Part shown: piece after piece, positions 49,821 through 63,588 of the stretch
Numbering within the stretch: position 1 is the stretch's first letter
How the letters are laid out: each line of letters begins with the position of its first letter
The notes under the pieces: generated by a model
Told to the model about the DNA's origin: nothing
The model's database searches: none
The model's input: the letters and a program-made list of their open reading frames with translations, nothing else
Position numbers and translations under genes: made by a program
Assembly: GCA_030390025.1 (NCBI GenBank)
Contig: CM059431.1
Coordinates: 134,232,001-134,296,000, forward strand
DNA: 64,000 bases
From: Squalus acanthias
Lineage: Eukaryota
Direction of reading: 5' to 3'

Positions 49821-50210
49821 AATCAATTTAACCAAAGTGCCCCCTTTTTTTTCTCCAACTATTTTATTCAAAAACAATAATACCTGTACAACTCATCAAT
49901 TACATAGTAAATCCATTACATTCATCCATCACAGTAAAAAATAAAGCCTTAAAAACAGCCTTAGTTAATATAAATGCAATGATTACTTTTACAAATAATC
50001 AATAATGTTTACAGTACAAATACCCTTAAATACCACACAACTTTTTAGATTTAAAATAATGAATCTCAAAGTTAACTCCACATAAAACAAAACCCATTTC
50101 AACACCAGTGTACAAACACATAGCACCATCATAATCCAATTAAATGCTACAAATAACATTTATTCTAATAAACCAAGAAAAAACCCGTTTTACGCCAGTC
50201 CTACTGGCAT

Positions 50211-50318
50211 TGTTCGTTCGATCATTCGATCATTCATTCAATTGTTCGTTCGTTCATTCAATCGTTCGTTCGATCGAGCGTAAGTTCCATTATGTATGTC
50301 TGAATGCGTGCGTGCGTA
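50211..50318. repeat. Degenerate (TTCG/TTCA)n and (TGCG)n microsatellite
   Basis: Visible tetranucleotide repeats. Confidence 0.7.
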
Positions 50319-50849
50319 TCAGTTGGGTGCCCCCTTTTTAAATGGGCACAAACAATAAAATCCAAATTAATAAAATGTTCAAATTTTTAAAAAAAAGAGG
50401 AAGGGCGATGAGGCCCAGAACCCATGAGAACGTTGAAGAATGGGCATCATTGGCTGACAATTTAATAAGAATCCCATTGCTTTGACTTCTTTCAAACTAA
50501 CATTTAACAGTGAGGATTCAAATATTTAGAAGCACGGGTTTAAAATGGAAAATTTGATCTTCTGTTTGCAATTTATTGGTCGGTACTAATTGTGCAAAGT
50601 TGCCGGAGTTTGGAGTTTGTTGTTTGCCGATGGCTATGGGCTTGCTGCAACATCCAAATAGATCAGTCCTCAGTGAATCTGCAAACTAACCTCCCAACAA
50701 TGAGCCAGGTGAACGGAAAGTGGGTGTGAGGAATGTGTCAAGCACACGTTCCCACATACTCCATAAAAAAAAAGAAAATCCAAATTATAAAATAAAAACA
50801 AAGGAAATCTATCACATTAAATCATAATGTTGTTACTGGTGTCCACAGT

Positions 50850-53800
50850 GATCATAGTATCATAAGGATTAGCTTAGCTATGGAAAAGGACAGGGAGCAA
50901 TCTAGAGTGAAAATACTTAAGCATAGAAGATAGGAGCAAGAGTAGGCCATTTGGCCCCTCGAGCCTACTCCGCCATTTAATGAGATCATGGCTGATCATC
51001 TAAATTCAGTACCCTGTCCCTGCTTTATCCCCATATCCCTTGATCCCTTTAGCCTTAAGAAATATATCTATCTCCTTCTTGAATATATTTAATGAATTGG
51101 CCTCAACTGCCTTCTGTGATAGAGAATTCCACAGGTTCACCACTCTCTGGGTGAAGAAATTCCTCCTCATCTCAGTCCTAAATGGCTTACCCCTTATCCT
51201 TAGACTGTGACCTCTGGTTCTGGACTCCCCCACCATCGGGAACATCCTTCCTGCATCTGGTCTGTCTAGTCCTGTTAGAATTTTATAAGTTTCAATGAGA
51301 TCCCCTCTCATTCTTCTAAACTCTAGCGAATATAAGCCGAATCAACCCAATCTCTCTTCACACGTCATTCCTGCCATCCCAGGTATCAGTCTGGTAAATC
51401 TTCTCTGCACTCCCTCCATGGCAAGAACATCCTTCCTCAGATAAGGTGACCAAAACTGCACACAATACTCAAGGTGTGGTCTCACCAAGGCCTTGTACAA
51501 CTGCAGCAAGACATCCTTGCTCCTGTACTCGAATCCTCTCGCTATGAAGGCCAACATACCATTTGCCTTCTTAACCGCCTGCTGCACCTGCATGCTTACC
51601 TTCAGCGACTGGTGCACAAGGACTCCCAGATCTCGTTGCACTTCCCCTTTTCCCAATCTATTGCCGTTCAGATAATAATCTGTCTTCCTGTTTTTGCCAC
51701 CAAAGTGGATAACCTCGCATTTATCCACATTATACTGCATCTGCCATGCATCTGCCCAATCACCCAACCTGTCCAAATCAGACTGGAGTTTCTCTGCATC
51801 CTCCTCACAGCACACATGCGCACCCAGCTTTGTGTCATCTGCAAACTTAGAGATATTACATCTAGTTCCCTCGTCTAGATCATTAATATATATTGTGAAT
51901 AGCACCGATCCCTGGAGGAAGGTCAATTTCAGTGGGTTGAGAATGGATCTGGCCTGGGTAAATTGGAATCAAAGATTGGCAGGCAAAACTGTAATGGAAC
52001 AATGGGCTGCCTTTAAAGAGGAAATAGTTCGGGTACAGTTGAGGTACATTCCCACGAGGGGGAAAGGTAGGTCAACCAACGCCAGAGCTCCCTGGATGAC
52101 GAAAGAGATAGAGAGTAAGATGAAGCAGAAAAAGAGCGCGTCTGACAGATGTCAGGTCAAGAATACATCTGAGATCAGGCTAAATATAGAAAGTTCAGAG
52201 GAGAAGTGAAAAGGAAAATAAGAGGGGCAAAGAGAGGGTATGAGAATAGAATGGCAGCTAACATAAAAGGTAATCCAAAAGTCTTCTATAGGGATATAAA
52301 TAGTAAACGGGTAGTAAGAGGAGGGGTGGGGCCGATTAGGGACCAAAAAGGAGACCTTCGCAAGGAGGCAGAGGGCATGGCTGAGGTACTAAATTAGTAA
52401 TTTGCATCTGTCTTCACCGAGGAAGAAGATGCTGTCATAGACATAGTGAAGGATGAGGTAAAGGAGATACTGGATGGGATAAAAATTGATAAAGAGGAGG
52501 TACTAGAAAGGCTGGCTGTAATTAAAGTAGATAAGATACCAGGACCAGATGGGATGCATCCTAGGACACTGAGGGAAGTGAAGGAAGAAATCGCTGAGGT
52601 ACTGGCCATAATTTTCTAATCATCCTTAGAAATGGGGATGGTGTCAGAAGACTGGAGAAATGCAAAAGTTACACCCTTATTCAAAAAAGGGTGTAAAGAT
52701 AAACCCAGCAACTACAGGCCAGTCAGTTTAACGTTGGTAGTGGGGAAGCTTTTAGAAACAATAATCAGGGACAAAATTAACAGTCTCGTGGACAAGTGTG
52801 GATTAATTAAGGAAAGCCAGCACGGATTTGTTAAAGGTAAATCGTGTTCAACCAACTTGATCGAGTTTTTTGATGAGGTAACAGAGAGGGTTGATGAGGG
52901 CAATGCAGTTGACATGGAGTACACGGATTTCCAAAAGGCGTTCGACAAAGTGACATTTACCAGCAAAGTTGAAGCCCATGGAATAAAAGGGACAGTGGCA
53001 GCATGGATACAAAATTGGCTAAGTGACAGGAAACAGAGAGTAGTGGTGAATGGTTGTTTTTCGGACTGGAGGAAGGTATACAGTGGTGTTCTCCAGGGGT
53101 CAGTTCTAGGACCACTGCTTTTCTTGATATATATTAATGACTTGGATGTGGGTGTACAGGGCACAATTTCAAAATTTGCAGATGACACAAAACTTGGAAG
53201 TATAGTGAACAGTGAGGAGGATAGTGATAGACTTCAAGAGGACATAGACAGGCTGGTGGAATGGGCGGACACGTGGCTGATGAAATTTAACGTACAAAAA
53301 TGCGAAGTGATACACTTTGGTAGAATGAATGAAGAGAGGCAATATAAACTAAAGGGTACAATCCTAAAGGGGGTGCATGAACAGATGGACCTAGGGGGTA
53401 TATGCGCACAAATCGTTGAAGGTGGCAGGGCAGGTTGAGAAAGCAGTTAAAAAAGCTTACGGGGTCCTGGGCTTCATGAATAGAGGTATAGAGTACAAAA
53501 GTGTGGAAATTATGATGAACCTGTATAAAACACTTGAGTATTGTGTCCAATTCTGGGCACCGCACTTTAGGAAGGATGTGAAGGCCTTAGAGAGGGTGCA
53601 GAAAACATTTACGAGATTGATTCCAGGGATGAGGGACTTCAGTTACATGGATAAACTGCAGAAGCTGGGGTTGTTCTCCTTGGAGCAGAGAAGATTGAGA
53701 GGAGATTTGATAGAGGCGTTCCAAATCATGAGGGGTCTGGACAGAGTAGATAGAGAGAAACTGTTCCCATTGGCAGAAGGGTCGAGAACCAGAGGACACA

Positions 53801-54077
53801 GATTTAAGGTGATTGGCAGATGAACCAAAGGCGACATGAGGAAAAACATTTTTACTCAGCGAGTGGTTAGGATCTGGAATGCAATACCTGAAAGGGTGGT
53901 GGAGGCAGACTCAATCACGGCTTTCAAAAGGGAGTTGAATAAGAACCTGAAGGGAAAAAAATAGCAGGGCTACGGGGAAAGGGCGGGGGAGTGGGACTAG
54001 CTGAAGTGCTCTTGCAGAGAGCTGGCACGAGCTCAACGGGCTGAATGGCCATCTTCCGTGCTGTAACCATTCTATGA
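50850..54077 (+). mobile_element. CR1 LINE (subfamily as 8881-9428), split by an antisense CR1 at 50921-51912
   Basis: ORFs 52632 and 53416 encode RT; sequence joins across the insertion (aaaatacttaa|tggaggaagg). Confidence 0.85.
50921..51912 (-). mobile_element. 5'-truncated CR1
   Basis: ORFs 51342..51926 and 51006..51311. Confidence 0.92.
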
Positions 54078-54271
54078 TCCTACTCAATCTCTCCTCATAG
54101 GACAGCCGTCTCATCACAGGAATCAATCTAGTCAGCCTTTGTTGCACCCTCTCTAAGGCAAGTATATCCTTCCTTAGGTAAGGAGACCAAAACTGTACAC
54201 AGTACTCTAGGTGAGGTCTCACCAAAGTCCTATATAATTGCAGCAAGACTTCCTTACTCTTCTACTCCAAC
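54078..54271 (-). mobile_element. CR1 internal fragment
   Basis: LLQLYRTLVRPHLEYCVQFWSPYL. Confidence 0.8.
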
Positions 54272-57200
54272 AGATTAAGAAGCAGGACCTCAAAGGTAGT
54301 AATCTGTGGATTACTCCCTGCGCCACGAGCTAGTTAGTATAGAAATAGGAGGATAGAGCAGATGAATGTGTGGCTGGAGAGGTGGTGTAGGAGGGAGGGT
54401 TTCAAATTCCTGGGACATTGGGACCAATTCTGGAGGAGGAGGGACGTGTACAGGCCGGACAGGTTGCACCTCAACAGAGCCGGAACCAATGTCCTCATGG
54501 GGGGGTTTGATAGTGCTGTTGGGGAAGGTTTAAACTAATTTGGCAGGGTGATGGGGATCAGGATGTAGCATTAGAATGGAGAAACAAAGTGCACAAGGAA
54601 TGGGGAAAGACTTAGTTAAATCCAAAACTAGGGTCTTAAATCTAAAAGCAAACTATGTAGGTAATAGGGGTGAGTTGGCTGGGGTAGAATGCAAAACTGC
54701 ATTAAACGGTATGATGGTAGACAAGCAATGGCTAGCATTTAAAGAATTAGTACATAATTTACAACAAATATACATTCCTTTAAGGCACAAAAAACCCACA
54801 GGAAAAGTGGTCCAACCGTGGCTAACAAGAGAAGTTAAAGATAGTATTAGATCAATGAAAGAGGCATATAATGTTGCAAAAAAGAGCAGTAAGCCTGAGA
54901 ATTGGGAGAATTTTAGAATTCAGCAAAGAAGGACCAAGAAATTGATAAAGAAAGGGAAAATAGATTATGAGAGTAAACAAGCGAGTCACATAAAAACAGA
55001 TTGCAAAAGCTTCTATAGATATGTAAAAAGGAAAAGATTAGCGAAAGGAAATTGGGTCCCTTACAGGCTGAGACAGGAGAAATTATAATGGGGAATAAGG
55101 AAATGACAGAGAAATAACCAAATACTTTGTGTCTCTCTTCACGGAAGAAGATGCAAGAAATCTCCCAGAAATACTGGAGAACCAAGGGTCTAGCGAGAAT
55201 TTTTTTTTAAATTAGTTTATGGCTTGTGGGCATCACTGACAAGGCCAGCATTTATTGCCCATCCCTAATTGCCCTTGAGAAGGTGGTGGTGAGCCGCCTT
55301 CTTGAACCCGCTGCAGTCCATGTGGTGTAAGTACTCCCACAGTGCTGTTAGGGAGGGAGTTCCAGGATTTTGACCCAGCAACAATGAAGGATCAGCGATA
55401 TACATCCAAGTCAGGATGGTGTGTGACTTGGAGGGGAACTTGGAGGTGGTGGTGTTCCCATGCGCCTGCCACCCATGTCCTTCTAGGTGGAAGAGGTCTC
55501 GGGTTTGGGAGGTGCTGCCTAAGAAGCCTTGGTGAGTTGCTGAAGTGCATCTTGTAGATGGTACACACTGCAGCCATGGTGTGCCGGTGGTGGAGGGAGT
55601 GAATGTTTAAGATGGTGGATGGGGTGCCAATCAAGTGGATGCTGTCAAGCTTCTTGACTGTTGTTGGAGCTGCACTCATCCAGGCAAGTGGAGAGTATTC
55701 AATCACACTCCTTACTTGTGCCTTGTAGATGGTGGAAAGGCTTTGGGGAGTCAGAAGGTGAGACACTTGCCCCAGAATACCCAGCCTCTGACCTGCTCTT
55801 GTTGCCACAGTATTTATGTGGCTGATCCAGTTAAGTTTCTGGTCAATGGTGACCCCCAGGATGTTGATGGGGGATTTGGCGATGGTAATGCCGTTGAATG
55901 TCAAGGGGTGGTGGTTAGACTCTCGCTTGTTGGAGATAATCATTGCCTGGCACTTCTGTGGTGCGAATGTTACCTGCCACTTATCAGCACGAGCCTGAAC
56001 GTATTCAGGTCTTGTTGCATGCGGACTTGGACTGCTTCATTATCTGAGGAGTTGTGAATGGCACTGAACACTGTGCAGTCATCAGCAAACATCCCCATTT
56101 CTGACCTTATGCTGGAGGGAAGGTCGTTGATGAAGCAGCTGAAGATGGTTGGGCCTAGGACACTGCCCTGAGGAACTCCTGCAGTGATGTCCTGGGGCTG
56201 TGATGATTGACCTTCAACCACAACAACCATCTTCCTTTGTGCTAGGTATGACTCCAGCCAGTGGAGAGTTTTCCCCCCGATTCCCATTGACTTCAGTTTT
56301 ACTAGGGCTCCTTGATGCCACACTCAGTCAAATGCTGCCTTGATGTCAAGAGCAGTCACTCTCACCTCACCTCTGGAATTCAGCTCCTTTGTCCATGTTT
56401 GGACCAAGACTGTAATGAGGTTGGGAGCTGAGTGGTCTTGGTGGAACCCAAACTGGGCCTCAGTGAGCAGGTTATTGGTGAGCAAGTACCGCTTGATAGC
56501 ATTGTCGATGACACCTTCCATCACTTTGCTGATAATTGAGAGTAGACTGATGGGGCGGTAATTGGCCGGGTTGGATTTGTCCTGCTTTTTGTGCACAGGA
56601 CATACCTGGGCAGTTTTCCAGATTGTCGGATAGATGCCAGTTTTGTAGCTGTACTGGAACAGCTTGGCTAGAGGCACGGCTAGTTCTGGAGCACAAGTCT
56701 TCAGCACGATAGCCGGGATGTTGTCTGGGCCCATAGCCTTTGCTGTATCCAGTGCGCTCAGCCGTTTCTTGATATCACGTGGGTGTGAATCGAATTGGCT
56801 GAAGACTGGCTTCTGTGATGGTGGGGACCTCATGAGGAGGCCGATATGGATCATCCACTCGGCACTTCTGGCTGAAGATGGTTGCAAACGCTTCAGTCTT
56901 GTCTTTTGCACTCACGTGCTGGGCTCCACCATCATTGAGGATGGGGATATTCATGGAGCCTCCTCCTCTCGTTAGTTGTTTAGTGGTCCACCACCATTCA
57001 CGACTGGATGTGGCAGGAATGCAGAGCTTCGATCTGATCCATTGATTGTGGGATCGATTAGTCCTGTCTTTTGCATGCTGCTTCCACATTTTAGCATTCA
57101 TGTAGTCCTGTGTTGCAGTTTCCCGAGGTTGGCACCTCATTTTTAGGTATGCCTGGTGCTGCTCCTGGCATGCTCTTCTACACTCCTTATTGAAGGGTTG

Positions 57201-58348
57201 GTCCCCTGGCTTGATGGTAATGGTAGAGTGAGGGATATGCCGGGCCATGAGGTTAGAGATTGTGGTGGAATACAATTCTGCTGCTGCTGATGGCCCACAG
57301 CGCCTCATGGATGCCCAGTTTTGAGCTGCTAGATCTGTTCTGAATTTATCCCATTTAGCACGGTTATAATGCCACACAACACGATGGAGGGTGTCCTTAG
57401 TGTGAGGAACTGAAAGAAATTATTTTAGTAAAAAAATAGTACTGGAGAAATTAATGGGACTGAAAGCCAATAAAACCTGATGACCTGATGGCCTACATCC
57501 TAGCGTTTTGAAAGAGGTGGCTATAGAGATAGTGGATGCATTGGTTGTCATTTTCCAAAATTCCATAGATTCTAGAATGGTTCCCATGGATTGGAAGGTA
57601 GCAAATGTAACCCCACTATTTAAGAAAGGAGGGAGAGAGAAAACGGGGAACTACAGACCAGTTAGACTGACATCAGTAGCAAGGAAAATGCTAGAATCTA
57701 TTATTAAGGACGTGTTAACAGGGCACTTAGAAAATAATAATAGGATTGGGCAGAGTTAACACGGATTTATGAAAGGGAAATCATGTTTAACAAATCTGTT
57801 AGAGTTTTTTGAGGTTGTAACTAGCAGAAAAGATAAGGGGAACCAGTGGATGTGGTGTATTTAGATTTTCAGAAGGCATTCGATAAGGTGCCACACAAGA
57901 GGTTATTAAACAAAATGAGGGCTCATGGGATTGGGGGTAATATACAAGCATGGATTGAGGATTGGTTAACGGACAGAAAACAGGAATAAACGGGTCATTT
58001 TCGGGTTGGCAGGCTGTAACTGGTGGGGTACCACAAGGATCAGTGCTTGGGCCTCAGCTATTCACAATCTATATCAATGATTTGGATGAGGGGACTAAAT
58101 GTAATATATCCAAATTTGCTGATGATACAAAGCTAGGTGGGAATGTAAGTTGTGAGGAGGATGCAAAGAGGCTTCAAGGGGATATAGACAGGCTAAGTGA
58201 GTGGGTAAGAACATGGCAAATGGAACATAATGTGGAGAAATGTGAAGTTATCCACATTGGTAGGAAAAATAGAAAAGCAGAGTATTTTTTAAATGTTGAG
58301 AGATTGGGAAATGTTGGTGTTCAGAGGGAGCTGGGTGTCCTTGTGCAT
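54272..58348 (+). mobile_element. Internally deleted CR1 (ORF1 end + ORF2 parts), split by a family B LINE, lacking its 3' end
   Basis: Joins as agcgagaat|gaggaactg across 55201-57403; ORFs 54576, 57508, 57962. Confidence 0.85.
55201..57403 (-). mobile_element. Family B LINE (longest copy here), 5'-truncated
   Basis: ORFs 56775, 56324 (KAMGPDNIP, NYRPISL), 55970, 55392; poly-T at 55201. Confidence 0.92.
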
Positions 58349-58511
58349 GGCGCATGGTGCGGGGCGCTAACAGTTACTGCTGCCGCTGACCTCCCGCTGA
58401 ATTTCGCGGGAGGCGTTGGCGGCGCCGTGCCCAGGTGCTAGTTGCTTTGCACCCTGTTAGCGCCCTCTTAGGGCGCTAACGGGAGGCGCAAAGCAACCGA
58501 ATTTTTAGGCC
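58349..58511 (+). mobile_element. Solo right end of a 22633-related Harbinger
   Basis: ttagcgccctcttagggcgctaacgggaggcgca..gaatttttaggcc followed by TAA. Confidence 0.75.
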
Positions 58512-60715
58512 TAACAGATTTGTCAAACACGATTTCCCTTTCATAAATCTGTGTTGACTCTGCCCAATCCTATTATTATTTTCTAAGTGCCCTGTTACCA
58601 CGTCCTTAATAATAGATTCTAGCATTTTCCCTGCTACTGATGTCAGTCTAACTGGTCTGTAGTTCCCCGTTTTCTCTCTCCCTTCTTTCTTAAATAGTGG
58701 GGTTACATTTGCTACATTCCAATCCACAGGAACCATTCTAGAATCTATTGAATTTTGGAAAATGACAACCAATGCATCCACTATCTCTATAGCCACCTCT
58801 TTCAAAACCCTAGGATGTAGGCCATCAGGTCCAGGGGATTTATCGGCTTTCAGTCCCATTAATTTCTCCTGTACTTTTTTTTAGTAATACTAATTTCTTT
58901 CAGTTGCTCATTCTCGCTAGACCCTTGGTTTTCCACTATTTCCGGGAAGTTTTTTGCATCTTCTTCCGTGAAGACAGACACAAAGGCCGCGAATTTCCCA
59001 GCGGAGGCGGGATGGTGGCGTGAGTGCAGGTTTTCGGTTTCCAGTCACGATCCCGGCTGCAGCCGCTCTGTAAAAGGGATTTTTCCTTGATTGGCCTTGT
59101 TAAGCCCGCCCTGCGGGCTTCCCGGCCAATTAACAGGAAGCGGGTTTGATGACGCGTCATCAGCCGGTTTCCTTAAAGGGACCACGACCACATTGAGTTT
59201 GACAGTTGTTCTGTCAGTGTTTGACAGCATTGAGGTGCTGCAAACACTGACAAGCACTGCACAAAGGTGGACGCTTGCACCTAGGCTCTCAAATGACTCC
59301 CTCCATATGCTTATGGAGGGAGTCACAGCACGCAGGGAGGTTCTCTTCCCTTCCAAGGGCAGAGGAGACATCCCAAGGACACCAACGCAGCCTGGTTGCA
59401 CATTGCGCAGGAGGGCAAAAGCAGGGATGTCGTATGGGATCCCTGGCTTTATCACTTCCCCATCTCACTAGCCACCCCTCACACTCACCCTCATCCTACT
59501 GCAAGCATACCAACTAACAACACACAAGGGTAGGCACTTGAGAGATTTAGCCAAAGTCCATGTGAAGTTTCTGGTAATGTGTTGTTATACAGTGAAATCT
59601 ATTTTTCCAACACTGCCCTTTATTGGACAGATCTGAGCGCACCTTTAGAAGTGTCTTACTGAGTTCCAGTGAATGTTCAGACCTAACTTCCCCACCCCAC
59701 CGCCCCCCCCTCCCCACTAGAGTGATGAGTTTGCATGAAATGGCTTGGACATTGTAGGGATGCTTTATGGTGCTGGTGTGGCGTGGTGTCAACCTGGCGC
59801 ATCATGTGGCAGCCAGGGTTTACAGTGTCAAGTGAAGAATATCTGGCCATGGTGATGCCATCGCTGGCCTCCCGGGCAGCAATGTTGTCAGGGGCTGATG
59901 CCCTGTGTCCTGTGCAGCATCAGGTGATGGCGGAGAAGGTTGGTGATGTTGTTGGTGTGCCTGGTGATGTTGGTGTTGGGGCTGATCGTGGAAGGATTCA
60001 GAGGAGCAAGGTCTGATTTTTTCAAGGGCACCGATGTTGCTGCAATAGATGGCAGCTGCAGGTGAGATGACAGAAGCGATCTGTCAATGATGCGAGAGGT
60101 TGTTCCAATGAGGTGGCACTGGACATACTGTTGCCTCTAAACACTTGCAAGCTAAAGAAATCTCTATATGTATTACAAATGCAGTAACCAACAGTTTCTG
60201 CGCTCTGAAACTGACCATCTGCAACATGGCATCCTTTACACCACTTCTGCTGCTGTCAGCTTATCAGAAACATCAGAGCAGAATCAAATCATGCCAGGTT
60301 GTGTTGGCGTGTTCCCCGAGCAGCAGGTAACCCGTGGGGGAGAACGTAAAATTGGAAGGAAGCCTCAAAATAGTCTTAAATTGGCTTTTAACAAGCCATT
60401 TAATGAGCTCAATTGTATCCCCCGCCGCTTGGTGTCGGGTCAGTTCCCGACACCTGGGAGACTGGCGTGGAGGCGGGTTGACAGTGGATTTCCTACCTGC
60501 TGTCAATCATAACGACTTTAACCTCTGACCCGCCTCCAAACCCGCCCTCTGAGCGCCGGCAAATTCGCGGCCAAAATATTTGTTTAATTTCTCTGCCATT
60601 TCCTTATTCACCATTATAGTTTCTGCTGTCTCAGCCTGTAAGGGATCACATTTACTTTCGCTAATCTTTTCCTTTTTACATACCTACAGAAGCTTTTACA
60701 GTCTATTTTTATGTC
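58512..60715 (-). mobile_element. CR1 ORF2 internal fragment split by Harbinger 58985-60572
   Basis: ORF 58476..58859; sequence joins as gacacaaa|atatttg. Confidence 0.85.
58985..60572 (+). mobile_element. Internally deleted Harbinger (1.6 kb)
   Basis: Perfect 12-bp TIR GGCCGCGAATTT, TSD AAA, Myb remnant APRLSNDSLHMLMEGVTARREVLFP. Confidence 0.88.
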
Positions 60716-61482
60716 TATTTTGCTGTATCCGGGAGGTGACAAATGCCCTCTATAAAAGGAGACACCAGTACATCTCTTTCCCAATGACCCGGGCCAAACA
60801 GCATGAACGCGCATTTGGCTTTGCGAGGATAGCGGGCTTCCCCATGGTGCAGGGTGCCATTGACTGCACGCATGTGGCATTGCAGGCACCGCATGAGAAT
60901 GCAGAGGTTTTCCGAAACCGCAAGGGCTACCACTCCTTAAATGTCCAGTTGGTCTGTGGCCACAGACAGCTGATACTCGCCGTCAATGCCCGCTATCCTG
61001 GCAGCAGCCACGATGCTTTCATCCTGTGCCAGACTGGTGTGCCAGACCTTTTCCAGGCACCGCATCAACCAAGTGGTTGGCTCCTCGGGGACAAGGGTTA
61101 TCCACTCTGCACCTGGCTGATGACACTGCTTCGTAACCCCAGCACCCCTGCTGAGCTGCGGTACAATGAGAGCCATATCGCCACCAGGAACATAATTGAG
61201 CAGACGATCAGCATGCTCAAGCAACGGTTCCGCTGTCTGGACCACTCAGGAGGAGCCTTGCAGTACTCTCCTGAGCGAGTCTCCCTCTTCATAGTTGTGT
61301 GCTGCATTCTTCATTACCTGGCAATCCTCAGGACCCAGCCAATGCCACCAGGGATTGGTGCATCACCGGAGGAGGAGGAGGAAGAGGAGGAGGATGATCA
61401 GCAGCAGCACCAAGGCGGGAGGGAGGTCCACAATGTTGCCACTGCAAGGGCCGTCCGTCAACGGCTGATAAGCCGCTTCTAG
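60716..61482 (+). pseudogene. Harbinger DDE transposase, N-terminally truncated, remaining frame open
   Basis: GFPMVQGAIDCTHV, NRKGYHSLNVQ, YPGSSHDAFIL, LLGDKGYP, RNIIEQTI..LKQRFRCL. Confidence 0.9.
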
Positions 61483-61759
61483 GCCCCTACTCAGAAGATG
61501 GCTTCTGGCATGGAGAACAACATGATGGAAAGCAACCTGCAACCCCTATAGCTAGCCAAGGCAGCAATGATTCCAAAGGCCAAACATGTACATTTTGAAT
61601 ACAGCAACTTCTTTATATTACAAACTCTGTGTGTGTCATTTATTCATGACAAACTAATAGAAACAAACACAACAAATCATTAATTAACATAACTGGTTCT
61701 CACAAGCTGGAGATAATGGCCAAAACACTAAACAAAAGTTATCAGACGAACCTCGGCCT

Positions 61760-63588
61760 TTAATAAAAACATTCCCAACATTTCTTGAGACCTCCTACTT
61801 TTTGCCCTTCGAGGGTGATCTCCATCCCTTGCGCACTTCCCCCCCTTCCCACCCTACTGCTCCTCCGTAATGGGTCCCCAGTGGCTGCAGCAAGGCTGGT
61901 GGAAGGCTGCTGAATGTCAGATCCTGAGACTACAGATGCTCTTGAAGGATGCCCTCGACCAGCTCTGGGCCTGGAGGCCCCGGCTGCAGACTGCGCCAAC
62001 TCTGCATGGGCGGCAGCAGTCTGGGCTGGTTGTGTTGCAGGTGGTGGCAAGTGCAATGGGGAAGTGACAGTGGTGGGAGCAGGAATGCTGTCATCCTGAG
62101 AGAGGACAGCACCTCCCTACTCGAACGACACACTGGCACTCCCACGGGGCAGCACCTCAGCATCCGGAGCAATCTGCTCGAGCACAGATTGCTGGTCTGC
62201 TGCAGTGCCGTGAGAGCCCTGGGGAAATGTGGCCGAACCAGCGACGATGGCAGCAGTCAGTGCTTGCGTTGCCTCAATCTGAGACTGTTTGAGAGCAGTC
62301 TGAGATTGGATCACGGCAGTCAGTGACTGAATTGCAGCACTAGGCAGTTGCGTTGCGTCCGCCTGTGCTACAGCGGAGTGCTCCACACTCCTTGCCAGTC
62401 CATCAATGCTTTCGGGCACCCTTCCCACTGCATCAATGAGCTGAGTGTGCATGTCCACTGCCTGGGTGTTCATTTCCGCGATGAGCCGCTCCTCCTCTGC
62501 GTCCAGTGCAGCAGGACTCACTGGCCTACTCTCCCTCCGGGGAGAAGGCCCCCGAGCTTCCCTAGCCACATCGCGTTACTGCAGCCCGCTGGGTCCCGGA
62601 GCTTCACCCTCATCAGACCCTTCCCCCTCATCAGACCCTTCCCCCCTGCTCCCCTACAGGGAAGACGTGGTCCCAGTGTGGGCATGGGCTTCCTCAGGAG
62701 AAGCTGGCGCTTAGGCTCCAGCTTCCTCTTCCTCCTCGCCTGCGGCATCGCTCCTACTGGCTGGTTGAGGGCCCGTCTCCTCAGCTGATGGTTCACCATC
62801 TGAAAGCAGGGAGGTACAAGAGTAGCTTTAGCGTCAGGACAGGGGGGCAATAAGGGAGCAAGGACTGGAGCAATTTAGTAAGTTGGATTGAAAGTGTAAA
62901 AGGCTGGTGTTGTGAGGGACAAGTGGAATGAGAGAGGAGAGAAAGCTGATGACCTTACCATTGCTGTCCCGAAGGGGGTCGACCTCTCCAGCGGCGACGG
63001 GACCTATCACCTGGCTTGCGACGATTCTGTGGATGCGCGCCTCAAGATCGCTGAGGGTTTGCAGCTGAGGCGGCCCTCCACCCGTCCGTTGCTGCTGGCG
63101 CTTATTATGAGATAGCTTGGCCTGCAAGAAAAAGGACGCCGTCTGAGTAAATATGCAACCATGTGCTTGCCTGATGTGCCTCCCATAGTTGAACAGCCCT
63201 TAATGTATGCAAGGTGTGGAATGTGCGTGTGTGTTTTATGAGATGGCCATAGGTCTTGGATGAGTGTTGGGCTTTGGGGTTTTTACACCCTCTGGCCATA
63301 GAGTGAGGTTGAGATGGAGGGATGGAGAGGTATTGAAAAGCAGCCACTCACCCTGACGACCCGAGTGAGGTCGTTGAACTTTTTCCGACATTGTATATGG
63401 GTCCTGGTCACCATGCTCCTGGAGGAGACGTGCTGAGCCACCTCCCTCCACACTCTTCTATAGTTGCAGGGCAATGGCCTCCTGCCACTCTCTGGGTACA
63501 GTATTGATCTTCAGCGCTCCACTGCACCAACCAGAGCCAGCAAGGCCCGGTCGCTGAAGCGCTGAGCTCATTCCCTGGCCCTCTCCAT
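61760..63588 (-). pseudogene. Harbinger Myb/SANT gene; exons 63588-63352, 63121-62959, 62799-~61760 (stops present)
   Basis: RVWREVAQHVSSRS..RTHIQCRKKFNDL|AKLSHNKRQQQRTGGGPP; canonical splice sites. Confidence 0.82.

Noticed and set aside
60580..61482. 300-aa ORF as host HARBI1 gene
   Set aside because: The N-terminus is antisense CR1 sequence, and the rest lies in a transposon with a Myb partner and a TIR.
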